NCBI GenBank assembly: GCA_050115495.1
Contig: JASFQK010000009.1
Coordinates: forward strand, 1 to 64,000
DNA length: 64,000 nucleotides
Reading direction: 5' to 3'
Origin: Phycisphaerae bacterium
GTDB taxonomy: Bacteria > Planctomycetota > Phycisphaerae > UBA1845 > Fen-1342
Within the stretch, counting starts at the first letter, position 1. Every line of letters starts with the position of its first letter. The position numbers and the translations under genes are program-made. The notes under the pieces are model-generated. The model saw nothing but the letters and a program-made list of their open reading frames with translations. It made no database searches and was not told the DNA's origin. This document shows positions 28,062-38,064 of the stretch, piece after piece.

Positions 28062-30227
28062 ATGGTGAAGGTGCAGTTGCCCGACGGCAAAATGGTCGAG
28101 CATTCGGACGGCGTGACCGTAGCAGAGGTCCTGCGCGCGATCAGTCCGCGCCTGGAACAGGCCGCCGTTGCCGCCAAGCTCAATGACCAGGTGGTGGACC
28201 TGAGCACCCGGCTGACTGAGCCGGTCAGCACGGTGGTCGCGCTGAAGCTCAGCGACCGCGACGGTCTGGAGGTCGCTCGGCACAGTTGTGCCCACGTGAT
28301 GGCCGAGGCGATTTGCAGCCTCTGGCCCCAGACGAAGCTCGTCTATGGTCCGCCCGTTGAGAACGGTTTCTATTACGACATTGACCTCGATCATTCGCTG
28401 ACGCCGGAAGACTTCGACCGGATCGAGAAGCGGATGGACGAGATCGTCGCCGAGGACCGGCCGTTCCGCCGGTACGAGATGCCGCGCGCCGAGGGCATGA
28501 CCAAGCTCCAGGCGGAAGGCAACGAGTACAAGCTGGACAACGCCGAGCGGGCCGGTGGCGACACGCTGAGCTTCTACGTGACCGGCGAGCCGGGCACGAG
28601 CGCCTTCGAGGACTTGTGCCGCGGGCCGCACGTGCCGAGCTCGGGACGGGTCGGGGCGTACAAGATCATGCAGGTGGCCGGGGCGTACCACCACGGCGAC
28701 GCCAGCCGCAGGATGCTGCAACGCATCTACGGCACGACGTGGCCGGACAAGAAGGCGCTGCGGCAATACCTCAACATGCTCGAAGAGGCCAAGAAGCGCG
28801 ATCACCGGCGCATCGGCCAGGAGCTGGGGCTGTTCACGATCAGTCCGCTGGTCGGAACGGGCTTGGCCCTGTGGAAGCCGCGCGGGGCGATGATCCGCTA
28901 CATTCTCGAAGAAACGCTCCGCCGCGAGTTGCTGGCGCACGGCTATCAGCCGGTGTATACGCCGCACATCGGGCGGCTCGACCTGTACCGCACGAGCGGG
29001 CATTTCCCCTACTACAAGGATGCCCAGTATCCGCCGCTGTTCGAATCCGAGCGGGCGCGGCTGCTGAACATGCTGTGGGAGATGGCCAGGGCGTCGCCGG
29101 ACGGCAAGGCGCAGCCGGAGGAGATCGCGCTTTACGAGCGACTGGCCGAGCAGCACGCTGACCTGCGCAACGACGGCTATCCGGCCGAGGCGCCGGCGGC
29201 CGAGCGGCAGCGGCGCATCCGCTCGTGGCTGGCCGTGGAAGACGGCTATCTGCTCAAGCCGATGAACTGCCCGCACCACATCCAGATCTACAACTCGGAG
29301 GCGCGGAGCTACCGCGACCTGCCGGTGAAGCTGGCCGAGTTCGGGCAGGTGTACCGCTACGAGCAGTCGGGTGAGGTCAGCGGGCTGACGCGCGTGCGCG
29401 GCTTCTGCCAGGACGACGCTCACGTGTTCTGCACGCCCGAGCAACTGCCGGCGGAAATCGCCGAATGCGTCGAGCTGTCGCAGTACGTGCTGCACCTGAT
29501 CGGGCTGAACGACTACCGCGTGCGGATCGGTCTGCGTGATCCGGCGAGCGACAAGTACATCGGCACGGACAAGAACTGGGAGATGGCGCAGGAGGCCCTG
29601 CGGGCTTCGGTGCGCTCGACCGACCTGGAGTGGTCGGAAGAGGTCGGCGAGGCGGCGTTCTACGGGCCGAAGATCGACTTCGTGGCCCGCGACTGCATCG
29701 GCCGCGAGTGGCAGCTCGGCACCGTGCAGGTCGACTACAACCTGCCCGAGCGCTTCGCCCTGACCTACGCCGGCGACGACAACAACGAACACCGGCCGGT
29801 GATGGTGCACCGCACGCTCTTCGGCAGCATGGAGCGGTTCGTCGGTATCCTGATCGAGCATTACGCGGGCAAGTTCCCGCTGTGGCTGTCGCCGATCCAG
29901 GTGACGGTCTGCAACGTCAGCGACAAGTCGGCCGCGTACGCCCGGCAGGTGTACGACAAGTGCCGAGAGGCGAGCCTGCGGGTCGAGCTGGATGACAGCG
30001 ACGACCGGATCGGGGCGAAGATCCGCCGGGCGACGCTGATGAGAGTTCCGTACATCCTGGTCGTTGGCGAGCAGGAGGTCGAGAACGGCCAGGTCAATGT
30101 GCGTACGCGCGAAGGAGAGCAGCAGGGAAGTCACCGGCTGCCGGAGTTCCTGGCCGCGTGTGCGCTGGAGATTATCAACCGGGGCCAGGCGTGCCCCGCC
30201 GGTGAAGGCCAGGCGCCGGCGACGTAG
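28062..30227 (+). CDS. thrS: Threonine--tRNA ligase
   Basis: TGS N-terminus, RHSCAHVMA, DLCRGPH, KPMNCPHH, YRYEQSGE, AFYGPKIDF, GSMERF. Confidence 0.97.
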   Translation: MVKVQLPDGKMVEHSDGVTVAEVLRAISPRLEQAAVAAKLNDQVVDLSTRLTEPVSTVVALKLSDRDGLEVARHSCAHVMAEAICSLWPQTKLVYGPPVENGFYYDIDLDHSLTPEDFDRIEKRMDEIVAEDRPFRRYEMPRAEGMTKLQAEGNEYKLDNAERAGGDTLSFYVTGEPGTSAFEDLCRGPHVPSSGRVGAYKIMQVAGAYHHGDASRRMLQRIYGTTWPDKKALRQYLNMLEEAKKRDHRRIGQELGLFTISPLVGTGLALWKPRGAMIRYILEETLRRELLAHGYQPVYTPHIGRLDLYRTSGHFPYYKDAQYPPLFESERARLLNMLWEMARASPDGKAQPEEIALYERLAEQHADLRNDGYPAEAPAAERQRRIRSWLAVEDGYLLKPMNCPHHIQIYNSEARSYRDLPVKLAEFGQVYRYEQSGEVSGLTRVRGFCQDDAHVFCTPEQLPAEIAECVELSQYVLHLIGLNDYRVRIGLRDPASDKYIGTDKNWEMAQEALRASVRSTDLEWSEEVGEAAFYGPKIDFVARDCIGREWQLGTVQVDYNLPERFALTYAGDDNNEHRPVMVHRTLFGSMERFVGILIEHYAGKFPLWLSPIQVTVCNVSDKSAAYARQVYDKCREASLRVELDDSDDRIGAKIRRATLMRVPYILVVGEQEVENGQVNVRTREGEQQGSHRLPEFLAACALEIINRGQACPAGEGQAPAT

Positions 30228-30272
30228 CGGTCCGCGAGTGGCGGGCCGCCGCCAGAAAGGACGGTAAAGCCC

Positions 30273-30872
30273 ATTCAGGAATTTCGCCGCAACGAGCAGA
30301 TCCGCATCTCACCGGTGCGGGTGATCGGGCCGGACGGGCAGCAGTTGGGCGTGTTGTCCAACGATGAGGCCCAGCGCGTGGCCCGCGATGCTGGAATGGA
30401 CCTGGTGGAGGTGGCCCCTACCGTGCGGCCGCCCGTATGCCGGGTGATGGACTACGGAAAGTGGAAGTACCTCCAGAAGAAGAAGTCGAGCAAAAGCGCC
30501 GACCAGCTCTTCAAAGAGGTGCGTCTGCGGCCGAAAACGGACGACCACGACCGCGAGATCAAGGTCAAGCGCGCCACGCTCTTCTTCGGTAAGGGCGCCA
30601 AGGTGCAGTTCACCATGCGCTTCCGCGGCCGTGAGCGGGCCCATCGCGAGGTGGCTTTCGCCATTCTGCGCGGCATCGCCGATCATTTCGGCGAGCGCGT
30701 GAAGGTCGAGCGTCCGCCAAGCATGGACGGGCGCAACATGATCATGGTGCTGAGCCCGATCAAGGGGGCCTTCAAGGACGCGGCCGTCAAGGCAGCCACT
30801 ATGCCGGAGCCGCCCGATGACCCGGACGAGGACGATCTGGACGACGAGCCGGAAGAGTCCAGCCCGGAATAG
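30273..30872 (+). CDS. infC: Translation initiation factor IF-3 (AUU start)
   Basis: Reading ATT CAG GAA TTT CGC CGC AAC GAG CAG ATC CGC restores the conserved N..IR; AGAAAGGA upstream; DLVEV, MDYGK, FRGRE. Confidence 0.92.
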   Translation: MQEFRRNEQIRISPVRVIGPDGQQLGVLSNDEAQRVARDAGMDLVEVAPTVRPPVCRVMDYGKWKYLQKKKSSKSADQLFKEVRLRPKTDDHDREIKVKRATLFFGKGAKVQFTMRFRGRERAHREVAFAILRGIADHFGERVKVERPPSMDGRNMIMVLSPIKGAFKDAAVKAATMPEPPDDPDEDDLDDEPEESSPE

Positions 30873-31025
30873 ACAGTCACGCTGAGTGGCCTGACGTGAA
30901 TCAGCGCCTGGCCGCTTTGCTGCGGGCTCGCCGAACGTGACGCCGCGGGCTAGACTCTGCGGTGGATCGCGTGGGTGGCCAAGGGGAGAACTGGGGTTGC
31001 CCGGCGGTCGCCGGGAGTACCCATT

Positions 31026-32216
31026 GTGCGTATCGCGTATTTCGACTGCTTCAGCGGGGCGGCCGGAGACATGATCGTCGCCGCCCTGATTGACGCTGGT
31101 TGTCCGCTGGGGTTCCTGCAAGATGCCGTGGCCGGCCTGAAGCTGCCGGGCGTGGCGCTGTCGACGGAACAGGTCCGCCGCGGGAGCATCGCCGCGACGC
31201 GGGTGCGCGTCGACGTCCTGCCCGAGGCGCAGACAAAGCACCGACACCTGCCCGACATCGTGCAACGGATCGAGGCGGCGGGCCTGCCCGCAGCCGTGGC
31301 CCAGCGAGCCGTCCAGGTATTCCGGCGGCTGGCCGAGGCCGAGGCCGCCGTTCACGGTATCTCGGAAGACAAGGTGCACTTCCACGAAGTGGGGGCCGCG
31401 GACGCGATGGTGGACGTGGTCGCCGCCTGCGCCGGTCTGGCGCAGCTTGGCGTCCAGCGCGTCCATTGTTCGCCCATTCCCACCGGAACCGGGACCGTGC
31501 ACTGCGCCCACGGCGAATTGCCCGTGCCGGCACCGGCGACCGCCCTGCTCCTCCGCGGCGTGCCCCTGGCGGCGTGCGACGAGCCGGCGGAGCTGACCAC
31601 CCCCACCGGGGCCGCAGTCCTGACAACCTTCGCCGAGAGCTACGGCGTCCTGCCGGCCATGCGGCTGGAGCGGATCGGGCATGGGGCCGGCACGCGTGAG
31701 GGCGGCCGACGGCCGAATTTCCTGCGCGTTCTCATCGGCGACGCCGAAACCCCGGCAGACACCGCCGAGGACGTCATCGTCGTCCTCGAAGCCCAGGTGG
31801 ACGACGCAACCGGCCAAACCCTGGCCCACGCCGCCGAGCGGCTCCTCGCCGGCGGTGCACTCGACGCGCACATTGTGCCGATAATCATGAAGAAAGGACG
31901 GCCCGGCCAGATCCTCACCGTGCTCTGCCGGCCGCCGGACGCCGACCGTCTCGAAGCGGTGCTGTTCGGCGAGACGACGACGTTTGGCGTGCGGCGGCAC
32001 GAGTGCCGGCGACGGGAATTGGCCCGCGGCCACGAGACGGTGGCGACCGCGTACGGCCCGATCCGCGTGAAGGTCGGGCGGCTGGCGGGCACGCTCGTGC
32101 AGGCCTGGCCGGAATACGAGGATTGCGCCGCAGCCGCCCGGGAGCACGAAACGGCTCTGCGGACGGTGCAGCAGGAAGCGCTACGGGTCTGGAAGCTGGG
32201 TGATGATGCTCGGTGA
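31026..32216 (+). CDS. larC: Nickel pincer cofactor biosynthesis / nickel insertion protein (DUF111)
   Basis: YFDCFSGAAGDM, VHFHEVGAAD, CAHGELPVPAPAT, ELTTPTGAA, MKKGRPG, PEYEDC. Confidence 0.9.
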   Translation: MRIAYFDCFSGAAGDMIVAALIDAGCPLGFLQDAVAGLKLPGVALSTEQVRRGSIAATRVRVDVLPEAQTKHRHLPDIVQRIEAAGLPAAVAQRAVQVFRRLAEAEAAVHGISEDKVHFHEVGAADAMVDVVAACAGLAQLGVQRVHCSPIPTGTGTVHCAHGELPVPAPATALLLRGVPLAACDEPAELTTPTGAAVLTTFAESYGVLPAMRLERIGHGAGTREGGRRPNFLRVLIGDAETPADTAEDVIVVLEAQVDDATGQTLAHAAERLLAGGALDAHIVPIIMKKGRPGQILTVLCRPPDADRLEAVLFGETTTFGVRRHECRRRELARGHETVATAYGPIRVKVGRLAGTLVQAWPEYEDCAAAAREHETALRTVQQEALRVWKLGDDAR

Positions 32217-32826
32217 GGCGATCACGTTCGAAAACGGGATGCTGTTCCTCGCGGGCGCGCTCTCCCTCACGTTCTTCTCGCTCCGCTGGGTGCGACGCAA
32301 CCAGCGGCGCGTGGCGGCGTCGGCGGAGCATTCGCGCGACGAGCTGCGCACCCTCCGCGAACAGGCCGCCCTGCCCTCCACCATGAGCGAATTGATGGTG
32401 CAGCTCGAGGAGTTCTCCCGGCGAATCAACGCCCAGCTCGATACGAAGTTCGCCCGGCTCGAAACGGTCGTGCGCGACGCGGACGACCGCATCGCCAAGC
32501 TGAAGCAGTTGCTCACGCAGCTCGGCGAAGCTCCGCCGCAGGCCGTCCGGAAAGCGCCGCCGGCCGCACGGGCGCCCCGTTCGGAAGTACGTCCGGCGAC
32601 CGACAACGATGCCCCGCCGAAGCGACCGGCGCCCCCCGCCGCAGCGCCGCCGGCGAAGCCGTCAGCCGACCCCGTCGCCGTCAATCCTGACCTGCTGCCG
32701 CGACACGAGACGGCACAGCGTGTGTACGCCCTCGCCGACCGCGGCGCCACGCCCATCCAGATCGCCGAAGAGACGGACCTGCCACTCGGCGAAGTGGAGC
32801 TGCTGCTGAACCTGCGGCAGATGTAG
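32203..32826 (+). CDS. Hypothetical single-TM coiled-coil protein with C-terminal HTH-like motif
   Basis: N-terminal TM, coiled coil, Pro/Ala linker, VYALADRG....IAEE.....GEVELLL.L. Confidence 0.7.
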   Translation: MMLGEAITFENGMLFLAGALSLTFFSLRWVRRNQRRVAASAEHSRDELRTLREQAALPSTMSELMVQLEEFSRRINAQLDTKFARLETVVRDADDRIAKLKQLLTQLGEAPPQAVRKAPPAARAPRSEVRPATDNDAPPKRPAPPAAAPPAKPSADPVAVNPDLLPRHETAQRVYALADRGATPIQIAEETDLPLGEVELLLNLRQM

Positions 32827-32940
32827 GGATCCCTGCGAAATACCGGCGAACCGCGGAAATAGTGCGAGTTGCGCCCACCGCGTGGTTCTGCGCGTGAACG
32901 GCGTTCCCCCGCAACGTGCGATCGGCGGGCCGAGACCGCC

Positions 32941-34770
32941 CTACGGTTCGGCGTCTTCCGACGCGTCTTCGGCGGCGTCGTCGGAGGGCTCTTCCGCCGG
33001 GGCGGCTGCGCTGGCCGGACGCATCAGGCCGGCGAGGCGCTCGAAGTAGCGCTGGACGGCGGTGTGGTACTGGCGGGGAACGAGGTTCTGATCGATGGCG
33101 TCCTGGGCGTCGCGCTGGGCGGCGTTGACGGCGCTGCGCTCTTCAGCCGTGGCCTGACCGCGCTGCTGCGGGCCGTCGATGAGCATCTGCCCGATGATGG
33201 AGCCGGGCCGCTGCTGCGTCTGGGCCTTAGTCGGCTGGAGATCGTGGGCGACGCGCTCGGCGCCGATGTTGGCGCCGATGCCGCGGCCGTACTGCGGCCC
33301 CTGCGAGCCGACCCGGTTGCCTGGCGGGCCCTGGCAAGACCCGTTGCGGCAGCAGTTGCCCTGGCAGACGTCCTGTCGCAAACTCTGGAGGTCGGCGAGC
33401 TGCGCCTCCAGTTCGTTCATGAGCTGCTCGCTCATTTCGAGTTCGGACATCTGGCCCATGGCGTCGGACAGCGCTGCCGACGCGCACTGGGCATCCGCCG
33501 AGCTGCAGCCGGACTTGCAGCAGCTTTGCATGGCCTGGGCCGCCTGGGACATGCACTTGCAGAGCTTCTGGCACTGCTTGCAAGCCTTCTGCTGCTGCTG
33601 CACCTTCTTGACCAGCTCCTTGATCTGCTCGGGCGTGAGGTTCTTGTTGGAAAGCTGGGCCTGAAGCTGCTTCTCGATGTCCTTGGGGTCCATCTTCTTC
33701 AGAGCTTCGGCCAGTTCGCGAGCCTGCTCGGGCGTGAGGCCGACCTTGTTCTCCAGCTCTTTGCGCAGGTACAGGGCGTCGTCCAACTCGGCCAACTGGT
33801 CGGCCAGACGCTGCATCTGGCTCTGCAACTGCTCGAGGCGCGCGCGGGCGGCGGGGTCGCCCTTGGCGGCGGCCTCCTCGAGTTCCTGCTTCATCTTCTC
33901 CAGCGCGTCGCGGGCGCCCTTGAAGTCGCCGTTGTTCAGGGCCTTGGACAATTCGCTGACGGGATTGTCGCCGGCCTGCGGATCGAGACGGGAAAGCGTG
34001 CGCTGGAGATCGTTCACGGCACCGAGCTGCGGGTCTTCCTTCTGAGCGGCCAGCTTGTCGGCGACGTTGTCGATCTTCTTGACGGCGTCGCGGCGAACGT
34101 CCTGCGGCGTGAGCGTGGCGTGCTCCGGCGTCTCGAGCGCCTCGAGCTCGCGGGCGAGATCGTCGAGGGCCGGATTGTTCTCGGCCATCTCCTTGATGCG
34201 GTTGACGCGGTCCTCAAGCTCCAGGTTGATGGCCGCCCGCTCTTCCTCGGCCTGGGCCCGGCCGATGCCGTCGTTCGCGTTCGGATCGCCGGCCAGCAGA
34301 TCGAGCTGCGGCATGAACAGGGCCAGCAGGACGGCGACGACCACCGTGGCCGCCGACCAGGGCCAGAGCTCCGGGGCCCGATAACGCAAATGCGAAGGAA
34401 CGTGCACGCGGCCGGCGGCACGCTCGGCGTCGGCGATCACGGCCCTCGCAAACGGGTCGGGGCTCGCCCCCATGGCCCACGCGGAGCTTAACCGCTCTCG
34501 CAGACCCGCCGCCTCGTCAATCGCCACCGCCGCCTGCAACGGTGCCACCCGTCCGACAGCCGTCCCGATGATGGCGATCAGCACAAACGCCCCAGCGGCC
34601 GCCCACATCGCCGGCATGACCGGAATGCCCAGGGCAAACAGCCGTTCGACGAGCAGGACCAGCGCCCACGTACCGGACGCGATCAGCAAGCCGATCGCGG
34701 CACGGTGCATGAAGACGTTCGTAGTCAGCCGCCGAGAAGCCCGAGCGATCTGTTGACGGAGCACGGACAT
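32941..34770 (-). CDS. Hypothetical membrane-anchored coiled-coil protein with Cys-rich segments
   Basis: 2-3 TM helices, D...GL.ERLSSA, long coiled coil, C-terminal VPRQYH.AVQRYF. Confidence 0.75.
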   Translation of the reverse strand: MSVLRQQIARASRRLTTNVFMHRAAIGLLIASGTWALVLLVERLFALGIPVMPAMWAAAGAFVLIAIIGTAVGRVAPLQAAVAIDEAAGLRERLSSAWAMGASPDPFARAVIADAERAAGRVHVPSHLRYRAPELWPWSAATVVVAVLLALFMPQLDLLAGDPNANDGIGRAQAEEERAAINLELEDRVNRIKEMAENNPALDDLARELEALETPEHATLTPQDVRRDAVKKIDNVADKLAAQKEDPQLGAVNDLQRTLSRLDPQAGDNPVSELSKALNNGDFKGARDALEKMKQELEEAAAKGDPAARARLEQLQSQMQRLADQLAELDDALYLRKELENKVGLTPEQARELAEALKKMDPKDIEKQLQAQLSNKNLTPEQIKELVKKVQQQQKACKQCQKLCKCMSQAAQAMQSCCKSGCSSADAQCASAALSDAMGQMSELEMSEQLMNELEAQLADLQSLRQDVCQGNCCRNGSCQGPPGNRVGSQGPQYGRGIGANIGAERVAHDLQPTKAQTQQRPGSIIGQMLIDGPQQRGQATAEERSAVNAAQRDAQDAIDQNLVPRQYHTAVQRYFERLAGLMRPASAAAPAEEPSDDAAEDASEDAEP

Positions 34771-34794
34771 GGTGAACCCTCGCCTGACGGCACG

Positions 34795-34921
34795 ATGCCA
34801 CTGGTGGCTTGTCCACCAGTGCGATAGCTACCCGGCCAACGACGGCCGACACGGAGGTCGGCCGCTACGGACGTCCGGTATGGAGCCCGGACGCTACGAA
34901 TGACCGGTACGGACCGCTACG
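34795..34921. repeat. Mosaic cluster of REP-like palindromes
   Basis: TGCCACTGGTGGCTTGTCCACCAGTGC, CGGCCGACACGGAGGTCGGCCGCTAC and GACGTCCGGTATGGAGCCCGGACGCTAC. Confidence 0.85.
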
Positions 34922-35039
34922 GGCGGGGATGCACCCCCACCACCCACATAGTAGATCGGCCCAGCGTCCATCTCAATTGGATTCGGCCGGGACCGGGAAT
35001 GTTCCCGGGAAATCCCTATCATGACCGCCGGTGGCAGGT

Positions 35040-35939
35040 ATGAGCGAGGCAGCACGCGCCAGGTTGTGGATCGGACCGTCCGGGTGGAGCTATGACGATT
35101 GGTCCGGCGTCGTCTACCCGCAACGGAAACCTCGCGGGTTCAAGCCGCTGGCGCATATCGCCCGCTACTTCAACGCCGTCGAGGTCAACAGCAGCTTCTA
35201 CCGCATCCCCATGGCGCGGATGACGGCGGCGTGGGTGCCGCTCGTGCCGGCGGATTTCCGGTTCGCGTTCAAGCTGACCCAGATCTTCACGCACGAGCGC
35301 GGGAGCTTCCCGGATCGCCCGGAAGTGGACGCCTTCACGGCGGCGCTCGAACCCATCCGCGAGGCCGACCGGCTGGGGCCCCTGCTGATGCAGTTCCCGT
35401 GGTCGTTCCGGTTCACGCCGGTGGCGGTGGACTGGCTGCGGCGGCTGGCGGAAGCGTTCCCGCAATTCGACCGGTTCGTCGAGGTGCGGCATGCGTCGTG
35501 GGCGACGCCGGAAGCGCTGGCCGTGCTGGCCGAGGTCGGCGGATACTGCAACATCGACCAGCCGCGGCTGCGTGATTGTCTCGGACCGACCGGGCACGTG
35601 CTCGGCCGCGACGCGTACGTTCGGCTGCACGGGCGGAACGCGCGGAGCTGGTTCGCGGAGAACGTACCGAGCTACGAGCGGTACAACTACCTGTACACGG
35701 ACGCGGAGCTGCGCGAGTGGGTGGAGCGGATCGAGGCAATCTGCGCCAAGGCGGAAAGCGCGTACGTGTTCGCGAACAACCACTTCCGCGGCCAGGGGCC
35801 GGTGAACGCGCTGGAGCTGCGGGCGCTGCTGGAAGGCCGACAGGTGGCGGTGCCGGAGAAGTTGCTGGAGGCGTACCCGCGCCTCCGCGAGATCGCCCTC
35901 CCGCCGGCGGAACCGGGATTGCCGTTCGGACCGGCGTAA
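35040..35939 (+). CDS. DUF72 family protein
   Basis: IGPSGWSYDDW, VEVNSSFY, LMQFP, EVRH, YVRLHGRN, YNYLY, FANNH. Confidence 0.92.
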   Translation: MSEAARARLWIGPSGWSYDDWSGVVYPQRKPRGFKPLAHIARYFNAVEVNSSFYRIPMARMTAAWVPLVPADFRFAFKLTQIFTHERGSFPDRPEVDAFTAALEPIREADRLGPLLMQFPWSFRFTPVAVDWLRRLAEAFPQFDRFVEVRHASWATPEALAVLAEVGGYCNIDQPRLRDCLGPTGHVLGRDAYVRLHGRNARSWFAENVPSYERYNYLYTDAELREWVERIEAICAKAESAYVFANNHFRGQGPVNALELRALLEGRQVAVPEKLLEAYPRLREIALPPAEPGLPFGPA

Positions 35940-35963
35940 GCGTGCGTGGCGTTTCGCGCATTC

Positions 35964-36079
35964 GACGTCGGCCACGGGGGGCCGACGCTACGGAAGACGT
36001 CCGGTGCGGAGCCCGGACGCCACAGGGACGGCCGGCACGGAGACCGGCCGCTACCGTCCGGTGCGGAGCTCGGGCGCTA
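35964..36079. repeat. Mosaic cluster of REP-like palindromes between convergent genes
   Basis: Same units as at 17463 and 34842. Confidence 0.85.
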
Positions 36080-37348
36080 TACGCCGCGGAGGGTGTGACC
36101 CATCTTGCGTTTCTTGGCTTCGAGGTAGCGGCGGTTCTCGTCGGTCGCGGCGACTTCCAGCGGAAGCTGCTGCACGACGTGCAGGCCGTACACCTCGAGG
36201 CGGCTGATCTTCTTGGGGTTGTTCGTCAGGATCCGCACCTCGGACAGGCCCAGGTCGCGCAGGATTTGCGCCCCGATGCCATAGTCTCGGCGATCCGCAG
36301 GGAAACCCATCGCCTCGTTCGCCTCGACCGTGTCCAAGCCGCCGTCCTGGAGGCGGTAGGCGTGCAGCTTGTTGACCAGGCCGATGCCGCGGCCCTCCTG
36401 GCGAAGGTAAACGAGCACGCCGCGGCCCTCGCGGGCAATCATCTCCATCGCACCGCGAAGCTGCTGGCCGCACTCGCACCGCAGCGAGCCGAACACGTCG
36501 CCGGTGAGACACTCGGAATGGACGCGGGCCAGCACGGGCTCGCTGACCGGGCGGACGGAGCCGTCGGCGTCGAGGTCGCCGATGCCGCCGTAGCAAAGGG
36601 CGACATGCTCTTCGCGGTCGGCCTGCGAGCGGTAGGCAATGAGCAGCCACTCGCCAAACTCGTTGCGCAGCGGGACGGTTTCGACGCGTTCGACGAGACG
36701 CTCGCGGCGCATGCGATATTCGATAAGGTCGGCAACGGTGCACATCTTGAGGCCGTGTTCGCCACAGAAGCGGGTCAGTTCGGGCACGCGGGCCATGGTG
36801 CCGTCGTCGTTGAGGATCTCGATGAGGACGGCGCCAGGCAACAGGCCGGCAAGACGGCAGAGATCGACCGAACCTTCGGTCTGACCGGCGCGGACGAGGA
36901 CGCCGCCGTCACGAGCGATCAGCGGATTCACGTGGCCGGGGCGAACGAAATCCTCGGGGACGGCCTCTTCGGCGACGGCGTGGCGGATGGTGGCGGCCCG
37001 GTCCCAGGCGGACACGCCGGTGGTGACGCCGAGGTGCGGGGCGCCGTCGACGGTCACGGTGAAAGCGGTTCCGAGCCGGGTGGTGTTCACGGGCACCTGC
37101 GGCTGGAAGTGCAGGCGTTCACAGCGGCTGTGGGTCAGGGGGATGCAGAGCGTCCCACGGCCGTAGCGGAGCATGAAGTTGATCTTCTCCGGCGTGATGG
37201 ACTGGGCGGCGCAAACGAGGTCGCCCTCGTTCTCGCGGTCCTTATCGTCGACGAGGACGATGAGGCGGCCCTGGCGAAGCTCTTCGAGGATCTCGTCGAT
37301 AGGGCTAAAGGGGCCCGCGGCGCCGGCCGGGGTCTCGTTCTGAGGCAT
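36077..37348 (-). CDS. ribBA: Bifunctional DHBP synthase / GTP cyclohydrolase II
   Basis: DDKDRENEGD, RPGH, RAGQTEGSVDL, RVHSECLTGD..GSLRCECG, QEGRGIGL, LTNNP. Confidence 0.95.
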   Translation of the reverse strand: MPQNETPAGAAGPFSPIDEILEELRQGRLIVLVDDKDRENEGDLVCAAQSITPEKINFMLRYGRGTLCIPLTHSRCERLHFQPQVPVNTTRLGTAFTVTVDGAPHLGVTTGVSAWDRAATIRHAVAEEAVPEDFVRPGHVNPLIARDGGVLVRAGQTEGSVDLCRLAGLLPGAVLIEILNDDGTMARVPELTRFCGEHGLKMCTVADLIEYRMRRERLVERVETVPLRNEFGEWLLIAYRSQADREEHVALCYGGIGDLDADGSVRPVSEPVLARVHSECLTGDVFGSLRCECGQQLRGAMEMIAREGRGVLVYLRQEGRGIGLVNKLHAYRLQDGGLDTVEANEAMGFPADRRDYGIGAQILRDLGLSEVRILTNNPKKISRLEVYGLHVVQQLPLEVAATDENRRYLEAKKRKMGHTLRGV

Positions 37349-37540
37349 TCTGGTCTCCTGCACATCCCCTCCTGAAGGGTAGCGACTGGCAAACCGGATG
37401 CCAAGCCGGACCGAACGAGGCGGGAAAAGAGGGGACAGCGATCGGAATAGCGGTGCCGGGCCCGGTTTACAGGTTTCACCCGGGACGATAAAATCGAACT
37501 GCGCGCCGTGTTCCGTACGAACGCAATGAGGAGGACCGTC

Positions 37541-37882
37541 ATGGATGATGGCCGAATCGCAAGCGTCGAGTTGTTGCCGCAGCAAGCGCCGAAGGTGCGG
37601 CAGACGCCACTGTGGCACATCGTGCTGCTCGACGACGACGAGCACACGTACGACTACGTGATGGAGATGCTGACCAAGCTCTTCCGTCACGATGCGGACA
37701 CGGCGTATCGGATGGCCTGTGAGGTTGACTCCACTGGGCGCGTGGTTGTGGAGACCACCGTCCTGGAGCGTGCGGAATTCAAACGCGACCAGATCCACGC
37801 CTACGGCAAGGACTGGCGACTGGCTTACTCGCCTGGGTCGATGCGGGCCACGTTGGAACCGGCGAACCCGGCGAGTCCATGA
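37541..37882 (+). CDS. clpS: ATP-dependent Clp protease adaptor
   Basis: WHIVLLDDDEHTYDYV, EVDSTGR; GAGGAGG SD. Confidence 0.88.
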   Translation: MDDGRIASVELLPQQAPKVRQTPLWHIVLLDDDEHTYDYVMEMLTKLFRHDADTAYRMACEVDSTGRVVVETTVLERAEFKRDQIHAYGKDWRLAYSPGSMRATLEPANPASP

Positions 37883-38064
37883 CACGCGGCAGCGGAGGTG
37901 CTCGTGAACAGATCGGCCAAGCGAACCCAGAGGAAACACCGCAAGAACCGCGAGCGCCTCAAGAGAAAGGCCCGCGAACGCCGCGCCGCCGCGAAATAGA
38001 CGGGTTGGACGACCTTCCCCGGGGGGGATATGAACCGGTCACCACAAGCGTGAGGGAGCGTGCC

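Noticed and set aside
27888..30134. 748-aa minus-strand ORF and many similar Arg/Pro-rich overlapping ORFs
   Set aside because: Shadows of well-supported genes (here thrS) caused by GC3 bias.
31026..32216. Programmed frameshift in larC
   Set aside because: Both LarC halves are in one continuous frame.
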